A DNA stretch of 64,000 nt from Acidimicrobiaceae bacterium (GTDB taxonomy: Bacteria > Actinomycetota > Acidimicrobiia > Acidimicrobiales > JACDCH01): NCBI GenBank assembly GCA_041166745.1, contig JBEEGH010000013.1, positions 66,453 through 130,452 of the forward strand, given 5' to 3'. The position numbers and the translations under genes are program-made. The stretch's first letter is position 1. Every line of letters begins with the position of its first letter. A model generated the notes under the pieces. That model saw only the letters and a program-made list of their open reading frames with translations, had not been told where the DNA came from and made no database searches. Positions 1-7,396 of the stretch are shown piece after piece.

Positions 1-920
1 CCCTCTTCGTCTTCGGGGAAGCAGAACGACACCTTGCCTGGGTTGCCCTGCGTGGCGCGATCGACGCCGCCGGGGCGACCGCCACCGACGTTGCGGATGA
101 CGAGCTGCAACGCTCGACCGATCGTCGCGTTGGCGCGGTTGCCCTGGCCCAGCACGTTCACGCCCGAGTTCATCCCGATGCGGCGGCGAATCGGTCCATT
201 GACGATGAGCACCGGACCGACAGGCATCGTGGTTGCGAGCAGACCGTGCATGTTGAACTCGTCGGTGCACGCAGCCTCGAGCGCAGTCAGCACGACCGGG
301 AGATGTTCGGGAGCGCAACCGGCCAGCACCGCGTTGATCGCCACCTTTTCGACCGTGCACTCGACGAGGTCAGGGGGCACGACCGCGACGATTTCGTCGG
401 CCGCTCTGGTCGTTCCCTCGAGCATGCGCAGCACTCGGCGCTCTGTCGGAGGAACGACCGGAAGGCCATCGGTCCAGCCGCGGTCGTAGAGCGCCTCCAT
501 CTCGTCTTCGAGATCGGCGAGGTCGACGCGGCGCGCCCGCAATCGGTGGCTCTCGAATCGGGCGCGCAGCTCATCGACCAGCGATGGGTCGACCGAGAGC
601 GATCCGCAGCCCGGTCGATGGTCGGGAAGCCCCGGTCCCAATCCATCGACGCCCGTGAATTGCTCCCACGCGTCGCGGCTCCAACCGACGATGCGCTCGC
701 GGTCGTCCGCGATCAGCGTCGGAACCGTTTCGACGTCGTGGTGATATGAGAAGGAAAGGTCTTCGTCGAACGACACGCTCGCAACGCCAGCGGGGAACAT
801 CGGGTCGTCCTGGGTGAAGACGGTGAGCTCGATGCCATCGGTCGCGTCGAGCTGCTTCAGCACCGGCTCGATCAACGTGCATGTCGGGCACTCCCGCTTC
901 ACGACCGCGACGAGCTTCAT
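1..920 (-). CDS. Thioredoxin-fold (CPTC) domain fused to a conserved domain of unknown function; partial, 3' end runs off the window start
   Basis: Absent from the ORF track because there is no stop inside the window. Manual minus-strand translation from ATG 920-918 gives MKLVAVVKRECPTCTLIEPVLKQLDATDGIELTVF...DRGWTDGLPVVPPTERRVLRML...AINAVLAGC. The frame is open to position 1 and is G/C-rich at codon position 3. An ATGA overlap joins it to the stop of the upstream gene (917-919). Confidence 0.6.
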   Translation of the reverse strand, partial: MKLVAVVKRECPTCTLIEPVLKQLDATDGIELTVFTQDDPMFPAGVASVSFDEDLSFSYHHDVETVPTLIADDRERIVGWSRDAWEQFTGVDGLGPGLPDHRPGCGSLSVDPSLVDELRARFESHRLRARRVDLADLEDEMEALYDRGWTDGLPVVPPTERRVLRMLEGTTRAADEIVAVVPPDLVECTVEKVAINAVLAGCAPEHLPVVLTALEAACTDEFNMHGLLATTMPVGPVLIVNGPIRRRIGMNSGVNVLGQGNRANATIGRALQLVIRNVGGGRPGGVDRATQGNPGKVSFCFPEDEE

Positions 921-1792
921 GTGAGGAAATCGATGATCGCTCGGTTGACCACGGTCGGCCGCTCGAGCTGGAGAAAATGCCCGGCGTCCTCGATGATCTC
1001 GACGAAGCAGCCAGGCCCGGTCATCAACGCTGCCGCCATGTGCGCGATCTCGACACCCATGCAGCCGTCGTTCTCTCCGTGCAGGTAGAGATGGGGTTGC
1101 GGCGGCGCTCCACCGATTGCGTCTTCCTGTGGTTGGAACTCGGGCACCGTGTGTTCCACCGGGTTCAGTGTGGCTCGGTAGTACTCGAGCGCCGCACTGA
1201 GGTTGGCCGGGTCGCGCAGCGACTCCTTCACGTGAGGCAGGTCGGTCGACGCGTCGTACCCCGGCGACCAGTCGTCCCACAGTCGGTCGATGAACTCGAG
1301 GTCGTTCATCGACACGACGAATTCGGCGAGCGGGTTCTGGAAGAAGAACATGTACCAAGAGCGGCGCAGCTGGCGGTAGGTGAGGAACCCTTGCGCGACG
1401 GCGCCGCTCGGAGGCACCGCCGCCGTGACGAGCTTGCTCCACCGATCGGGAGCGAACACCGCCGCACCCGTGGCGATGCGTGCTCCCCAGTCGTGCCCGA
1501 TGATCACCGCCGAGGCGTCGCCGCCGAGCACCTCGTGCAACGCGATGGCATCGGCCACCGATGCGCCGTTCTGGTAGCGACCTTGTGCATCGAGCCCGGT
1601 CGGCGCGTAGCCGCGCAGCCATGGCGCAACCGCGCGGAAGCCGGCCTCGGCCAATTGAGGCAGCAGGTGTCGCCACGTCCAGGCGTTGTCCGGGAAACCG
1701 TGCAGACAGAGCGCCAGCGGTCCGTCGTCGCCGCACGCGAGGTAGGCGAAGTCGATGCCGTTGGCGCTCACCCGATGTTCGGTTGGTTCCAT
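917..1792 (-). CDS. Alpha/beta hydrolase, epoxide-hydrolase-like
   Basis: 291 aa. Carries the HGFPD oxyanion motif and the GHDWG nucleophile elbow. Confidence 0.85.
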   Translation of the reverse strand: MEPTEHRVSANGIDFAYLACGDDGPLALCLHGFPDNAWTWRHLLPQLAEAGFRAVAPWLRGYAPTGLDAQGRYQNGASVADAIALHEVLGGDASAVIIGHDWGARIATGAAVFAPDRWSKLVTAAVPPSGAVAQGFLTYRQLRRSWYMFFFQNPLAEFVVSMNDLEFIDRLWDDWSPGYDASTDLPHVKESLRDPANLSAALEYYRATLNPVEHTVPEFQPQEDAIGGAPPQPHLYLHGENDGCMGVEIAHMAAALMTGPGCFVEIIEDAGHFLQLERPTVVNRAIIDFLT

Positions 1793-2040
1793 GTGTGGGC
1801 AAACACTACGAGCCTGTCGAAACCCGCGGCGAGGGATCGATGAAACTCGCTACCTCGAAGCCAAAGGCCAACTGTTAGGGAGATTCATCGACAGCTAGCG
1901 AGAGCCGCACTCATCAACGAGCGACCCGCAGGGGAGTGAGTTGATGTCGAGGAGTGACATGAGTCACCCGGGGAGAACGGCAAGCAACGCAGAAGTAACC
2001 TGCCGACAACAAGTAGTACCGGGGGGGCCCACTGCTCAAC

Positions 2041-2880
2041 GTGACGTTCTACGGGGTCCGCGGATCCACGCCATGTCCGTGCGAGGAAAATCTTCGCTAC
2101 GGAGGCAACACCGCGTGCGTGGCGCTGGAATCGCCGGGCTCCGAGCCGATCGTTCTCGATCTCGGTACCGGCCTGCGGTACTGGGGCGACACGCTCGCAA
2201 AGGACGGCAGCTTCCGTGGCTCGGCCCTGATCACGCACTTGCACTGGGATCATGTGCAGGGCCTGCCCTTCTTCGTTCCAGCCGACCGTGTCGGCGCGAA
2301 GTTCGACATCTACGGGCCGGTGCAACCGGATGGCCTCACCCTCGAGCAGGCCTTCGAAGACTTCATGCGCCCGCCCTACTTCCCGGTGCGGTTCACCGAT
2401 TTGCGTGGCGACATCCGATTTCACGACGTGAGCGACGCCGACATCGTGATCGGCGACGCGAAGGTGAAGGTCCGCAGCGTGCCGCACGTCGGCATCACGA
2501 ACGGTTATCGCATCGAGATGGGCGGTGCGGTGGTCGCGTACATCAGCGATCATCAGCAGCCGATGGACGGGAGCCTGGACGTACCCGATCACGTGATCGA
2601 GCTGTGCGACGGTGCCGATCTGCTGATCCACGACGCGCAGTTCACGCCAGAGGAGTTCGAGGAGAAGCGCCACTGGGGCCATTGCACCGTCGAGTACGCG
2701 GTCGAGGTCGCGAGTGCGTCTTCGGTGAAGACGTTGTGCCTGTTCCATCACGATCCTTCGCACGGCGACGATGCCGTCGACCAGATGCTCGAGCGGGCGC
2801 TCAGGGCGCGCAATGGCTCGGGCACTCCACTCGAAATCGTGGCCGCCGCTGAGGGCTTGGCCGTCTCCATCGGGGTTTGA
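2041..2880 (+). CDS. MBL-fold metallo-hydrolase
   Basis: 279 aa with a GTG start. N-terminus is FYGVRGSTPCP...YGGNTACV, and the HxHxDH motif is present as THLHWDHVQG. Confidence 0.85.
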   Translation: MTFYGVRGSTPCPCEENLRYGGNTACVALESPGSEPIVLDLGTGLRYWGDTLAKDGSFRGSALITHLHWDHVQGLPFFVPADRVGAKFDIYGPVQPDGLTLEQAFEDFMRPPYFPVRFTDLRGDIRFHDVSDADIVIGDAKVKVRSVPHVGITNGYRIEMGGAVVAYISDHQQPMDGSLDVPDHVIELCDGADLLIHDAQFTPEEFEEKRHWGHCTVEYAVEVASASSVKTLCLFHHDPSHGDDAVDQMLERALRARNGSGTPLEIVAAAEGLAVSIGV

Positions 2881-2899
2881 CGCCAGTACCCTCCCGCTC

Positions 2900-3400
2900 G
2901 TGACCGCCGAGGAGCACGTGTCGAGCTTCGATGAGGCGAAGTTCCGCCAAGTCCTCGGTCACTACCCGACGGGGGTGGTGGTGGTCACCGCCGTCGCCGC
3001 CGACGGTGAGCCCGCTGGTCTGGCGATCGGCTCGTTCACGTCGGTGTCGCTCGATCCGCCGCTCGTGGCGTTCTTCCCTGGCAAGGAGTCTTCGAGCTGG
3101 CCTCGCATCGAGAGCGCCGGCTCGTTCTGTGTGAACATCCTCGGCGAGGGCCAGGAGGACATCTGTCGCGTCTTCGCCAGCAAGGGCAGCGACAAGTTCG
3201 CCTCGATCGGGTGGCGACCGGGCCGCACGGGCGCCCCGGTCATCAACGACGTGATCGCCTGGATCGAGTGCACCGTCGAACGAGTGGATGACGCCGGCGA
3301 CCACTGGATCGTGCTCGGCCGGGTCGTGGATCTCGACGTGGGCCACTCGGGCGGGCCCTTGCTCTTCTTCCGCGGAGGCTACGGCCGCTACGAAGTGTGA
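2900..3400 (+). CDS. Flavin reductase family protein (NAD(P)H-flavin oxidoreductase)
   Basis: C-terminal part of ORF 2771..3400. The in-frame GTG at 2900, downstream of the MBL stop, gives VTAEEHVSSFDEAKFRQVLGHYPTGVVVVT...SFTSVSLDPPLV, a typical flavin-reductase core. The exact start is uncertain. Confidence 0.8.
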   Translation: MTAEEHVSSFDEAKFRQVLGHYPTGVVVVTAVAADGEPAGLAIGSFTSVSLDPPLVAFFPGKESSSWPRIESAGSFCVNILGEGQEDICRVFASKGSDKFASIGWRPGRTGAPVINDVIAWIECTVERVDDAGDHWIVLGRVVDLDVGHSGGPLLFFRGGYGRYEV

Positions 3401-3481
3401 TCTTCTCGGCAGGAGAATCACGAAAATACGCCAACTTTGCTGGGATAACCCCACGACGTTCGGGTAACTTCGCCACTGAGC

Positions 3482-5356
3482 GTGGCCGAAGCGACCAGAT
3501 CGTGCGTATCGGCACCACAGCGGAGGTCGCGGCAGATGAGTGAGTTGGGACGGCTCCACGGCACGGAGATCCTTCGAGGGGGCCAGGCGGACGTCGCCAA
3601 CTTCCGAGAGCAGGCCCGGATGCGTCGCATTCGCCGGCTCACCTTGTTCCTCTGGGCCCTCGCGGCCTGGATGGCGGTGCGAGCGGTCTGGAATCAGCCG
3701 CTGCTGCCGGCCATCCCCATCTCGCCGCAGCTCGCGCCCAGCTTCATCATCGTCGGCATGTTGATGTTCGTCCTGCTGGTCCCGATGTGGGCCGCGGGAC
3801 GTTCGCCGCACGTGCTCTACCGTCCACACGACATCGAGACTGGGCTGGACGACGTCGTCGGCTGCGACGTGGTGCGCGAAGAGGTCGTCCGCACGCTGAA
3901 CCTGTTCCTCGCGAACGACACCGTGCGCGAACAGCTGGGGGCCACTCCTCGGCGCGGTGTGCTCTTCGAAGGACCGCCGGGAACCGGCAAGACCCACGTC
4001 GCGAAGGCCATGGCGCGAGAGGCCGGCGTGCCGTTCCTGTTCGTTTCCTCGTCGGCCTTCCAATCGATGTACTACGGCCAGACCAACCGCAAGATCCGTG
4101 CGTACTTCCGGGCGCTGCGCTCGGCGGCCCGTCGCGAGGGTGGCGCGATCGGCTTCATCGAGGAGATCGATGCGATCGGTGGATCTCGCAGCGGCATGGG
4201 CGCATCCACGGCACGCGAAGGCATCTCCGGCGTCGTCAACGAGTTGCTCATCCAACTCCAGTCCTTCGACGAGCCCACAACCGGGTCGCGCATCCGAGGC
4301 TGGTTCCTCGAACACCTCAACATCCTGTTGCGCGACGAAAATCGATTGGACAAGCCCCGCACGGTGCCGGCGAACGTGCTCGTTCTCGCGGCCACGAACC
4401 GGGCCGACGACCTCGATCCGGCGTTGCGTCGTCCCGGCCGCTTCGATCGCACGATTCAGTTCGACCTGCCGGGTCGCGACGAGCGGCGCGCGCTCATCGA
4501 CTACTTCCTCACGCGCAAGGCGCACGTCGAGTCGCTCGACTCCGAACGAGCTCGCGATGATCTCGCGGCCGTGACGAGTGGCTATTCACCCGTGATGATC
4601 GAGCACCTCTTCGACGAAGCGCTGGTGTGGGCCCTGCGCCGCGGCGGTTCGGCGCTCGACGAGCAGGACGTGCAGCAGGCGAAGCTCACCGAAGAACTCG
4701 GACTCCGTCACCCCACGACCTACACGGACGAAGAGCGGCTGGCCATCGCGACGCACGAGGCGGGCCACGCGACGATCGCATTCCTGTGTGGGCGCGACGA
4801 GCAGCTCCCCTCTCCGCTGCGACGGCTCGAGGTTCTCTCGATCATCCGTCGCCGCGGCGCGCTCGGTCTGCTCGGTCATGCCGACGACGAAGAACGCTTC
4901 ACAAAGACACGTTCCGAGCTCCTGTCGCTCATCCGAATCGCGTTCGGCGGAATGGTCGCGGAGGAGCTGGCTTTCGGGGAGAGCGGTACCGGGCCATCGG
5001 CCGACCTGGCGGAGGCCACGAAGATGGCGGCGACGATGGTGGGCGCGCTCGGTATGGGGGGTTCGCTGCTTTCCCTGGGCACAGACGACGTCGTCGCCAA
5101 GGTGTTGGACGACGACCGCAGCCGCGATGCGGCCGAGGCCATCCTGGTCGAGGCCAAGGCCGACGCGATGCGGCTGTTGGCCGCGCATCGACCGATTCAC
5201 AACGCGTTGCGTGATGCGCTCCTCGAGCGTGACGAATTGGTCGGCGAGGAGATTCTCGAAGTGATTCGCGCCGCGATCTTGCAAGACAAGCTCGTGGAGA
5301 TCGATCTACGCGGGGTCACGGCAGAGGGTGATGTGACGCCCCGATCGCCTCGATGA
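3482..5356 (+). CDS. FtsH-like membrane AAA+ zinc metalloprotease (atypical paralog)
   Basis: 624 aa with two N-terminal hydrophobic helices. Motifs present: Walker A GPPGTGKT, Walker B-like FIEEIDA, SRH ATNRADDLDPALRRPGRFDR, and zinc motif HEAGHA. The start could also be ATG 3536. Confidence 0.85.
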   Translation: MAEATRSCVSAPQRRSRQMSELGRLHGTEILRGGQADVANFREQARMRRIRRLTLFLWALAAWMAVRAVWNQPLLPAIPISPQLAPSFIIVGMLMFVLLVPMWAAGRSPHVLYRPHDIETGLDDVVGCDVVREEVVRTLNLFLANDTVREQLGATPRRGVLFEGPPGTGKTHVAKAMAREAGVPFLFVSSSAFQSMYYGQTNRKIRAYFRALRSAARREGGAIGFIEEIDAIGGSRSGMGASTAREGISGVVNELLIQLQSFDEPTTGSRIRGWFLEHLNILLRDENRLDKPRTVPANVLVLAATNRADDLDPALRRPGRFDRTIQFDLPGRDERRALIDYFLTRKAHVESLDSERARDDLAAVTSGYSPVMIEHLFDEALVWALRRGGSALDEQDVQQAKLTEELGLRHPTTYTDEERLAIATHEAGHATIAFLCGRDEQLPSPLRRLEVLSIIRRRGALGLLGHADDEERFTKTRSELLSLIRIAFGGMVAEELAFGESGTGPSADLAEATKMAATMVGALGMGGSLLSLGTDDVVAKVLDDDRSRDAAEAILVEAKADAMRLLAAHRPIHNALRDALLERDELVGEEILEVIRAAILQDKLVEIDLRGVTAEGDVTPRSPR

Positions 5357-7373
5357 CGAAGGCCATCACGAAAGCCTGATCGCGCCACAGGTCGTAGCGT
5401 CCTGACGGGCCGCCGTGGCCGGCGCCCATCTCGGTCTTGAGCAACAAGGTCCGGTCATCGGTCTTGGTCACGCGCAGCTTTGCCACCCATTTCGCGGGTT
5501 CGTGGTAGCCGACGCGCGGATCGTTCAGCCCGGCGGTGGCGAGGATTGCCGGGTAGTCCTTGGGTTCGACGTTCTCGTACGGCGAGTACGACTTCATGTA
5601 CCGGTACACCTCGGCCGACTCGATGGGATTGCCCCACTCCTCCCACTCGATCACCGTGAGCGGCAGGCTCGGGTCGAGGATGGTGTTGAGCGCGTCGACG
5701 AACGGCACTTCGCCGACGATCGCGGCGAACTGCTCCGGCGCCAGGTTTGCGACCGCACCCATCAACAACCCTCCGGCCGACCCTCCACGAGCCGCGAGGC
5801 GCGCGGGTGACGTGTAGTTCGTGGCGCAGAGGTGCTCGGCGCACGCAACGAAGTCCGTGAACGTGTTGCGCTTGTGCAGCAATTTGCCGTCTTCGTACCA
5901 CTGCCGTCCGCACTCGCCGCCGCCGCGCACATGAGCAACCGCGAACGCGACGCCGCGGTCGAGCAGGGGGAGGCGGATGGCCGAGAACCATGGGTCGAGA
6001 CTCGTTTCGTACGAGCCGTAGCCGTAGAGGAGGCAAGGTGCGTTCCCGTCGTGGGCCACAGTTGCGCGGTGTACGACGGAGATCGGCACACGGGTGCCAT
6101 CCGACGCGGTGGCCCACTCTCTGACCTGGGTGTAGTCGGCGGGGTCGTAGCCCCCGAGCACCGGTTGCTGCTTGCGCAGCTCGAGGTCGCGCTGATCGAG
6201 GTCGTAGTCGTACACGGTCGGGGGAGTGACGAACGACTCGTACCCGAGGCGGAACGTCGTCGTCTCGTACTCGAGGTTGGTGCCGGGCTCGACGTTGAAA
6301 AGTGGTTCGTCGAACTCGATCTCGTGCGCGTCGCCATCGTTTCGGACCACGCGCAGGCCGGTGAGCGCGTCCCGGCGCAGGTGGACAACGAGATGACTCG
6401 CGAACGCATCGAGGTCGTTGAGGCGCGTGTCGTCGCGATGGGGGATCAACGGCCGCCAGTTGGCCCGACCGGGTGCGGAGACAGGTGTCTCGGCCAGCTC
6501 GAAGTTGAGGGCGCCATCGTTGTGCAGCACGAGAAAGCGGTCGCCCTGATGATCGATGGAGTACTCGATTCCCTGACGGCGCGGCTCGATGACGCGCAGT
6601 TCCTCCTCGGGAGCGGCGGCGTCGAGCACACGGGCCTCGCTCGTGATCTTGCTGCCGAGGTGTACGACGATGTACCGCTCGCTGCGGCTGAGAGCGACGG
6701 AGAGAAAGAACCGTTCGTCGCTCTCCTCGTGGACGAGTACGTCGTCGGCGCTCGGCGTTCCGAGGCGATGACGCCACAGGCGGTACGGCCGGTGGGCATC
6801 GTCCATCGTCGTGTAGAAGAACGTCGCGTTGTCGGTCGCCCACGCTGAGCCGTAGTAGGTCCCTTCCACGGTGTCAGCCAGCGTCTCGCCGGTGATCAGG
6901 TTCTTGAATCGCAGCGTGTACGACTCGGCGCCCGCGAAGTCGGTGGAGAAGGCCAGCACGCTGTGGTCGGGGCTGACATCGACCGTGCCGAGCCCGAAGT
7001 ACGGCGAGTCGCCCGCGAGCTCGTTGCCGTCGAGCAGGACGACCTCGTTTACCTCGTCGTCAGGTGACGGCCGCCGGCAGAAGATCGGGTACTGCTTGCC
7101 CTGCTCGGTGCGCGTGACGTACCACCACGGGCCCCGTCGGGCAGGAACCGAGAGGTCGGTCTCCTGAACCCGGGCCTTGATCTCCTCGAACAGCCGGTCG
7201 CGCAGCGGACCGAGATGCTCGGTCTGTGCCGCGGTGTGCGTGTTCTCAGCTTCGAGGTACGCGACCGTGTCGGGATCGTCGCGGTCGAGCAGCCAGTAGT
7301 AGTCGTCGACCGTCTCGTCGCCGTGGATCGTGCGCGCATGCGGTTTCCGCGGCGCAATCGGAGCATCGGACAT
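5316..7373 (-). CDS. ptrB: Oligopeptidase B / prolyl oligopeptidase family S9A serine peptidase
   Basis: 685 aa. N-terminus has HGDETVDDYYWL, and the catalytic Ser motif is GGSAGGLL. Its 3' end overlaps the convergent FtsH-like gene by 41 nt. Confidence 0.9.
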   Translation of the reverse strand: MSDAPIAPRKPHARTIHGDETVDDYYWLLDRDDPDTVAYLEAENTHTAAQTEHLGPLRDRLFEEIKARVQETDLSVPARRGPWWYVTRTEQGKQYPIFCRRPSPDDEVNEVVLLDGNELAGDSPYFGLGTVDVSPDHSVLAFSTDFAGAESYTLRFKNLITGETLADTVEGTYYGSAWATDNATFFYTTMDDAHRPYRLWRHRLGTPSADDVLVHEESDERFFLSVALSRSERYIVVHLGSKITSEARVLDAAAPEEELRVIEPRRQGIEYSIDHQGDRFLVLHNDGALNFELAETPVSAPGRANWRPLIPHRDDTRLNDLDAFASHLVVHLRRDALTGLRVVRNDGDAHEIEFDEPLFNVEPGTNLEYETTTFRLGYESFVTPPTVYDYDLDQRDLELRKQQPVLGGYDPADYTQVREWATASDGTRVPISVVHRATVAHDGNAPCLLYGYGSYETSLDPWFSAIRLPLLDRGVAFAVAHVRGGGECGRQWYEDGKLLHKRNTFTDFVACAEHLCATNYTSPARLAARGGSAGGLLMGAVANLAPEQFAAIVGEVPFVDALNTILDPSLPLTVIEWEEWGNPIESAEVYRYMKSYSPYENVEPKDYPAILATAGLNDPRVGYHEPAKWVAKLRVTKTDDRTLLLKTEMGAGHGGPSGRYDLWRDQAFVMAFVIEAIGASHHPLP

Positions 7374-7396
7374 GGCCCGTCACCCTATGACCTCCC

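Noticed and set aside
34-891. Plus- and minus-strand ORFs of 100-170 aa at the window start (34..489+, 246..749+, 287..646-, 571..891-)
   Set aside because: They are Arg/Ala/Pro/Ser-rich, low-complexity translations typical of wrong frames in high-GC DNA. The region is fully explained by the minus-strand partial gene 1..920, which has a recognisable thioredoxin-like N-terminus.
2801-4525. 574-aa minus-strand ORF
   Set aside because: It is antisense to the flavin reductase and the FtsH-like gene, both of which have clear motifs. The translation is R/G/A/E-rich with no motifs, so it is a GC-driven shadow ORF.
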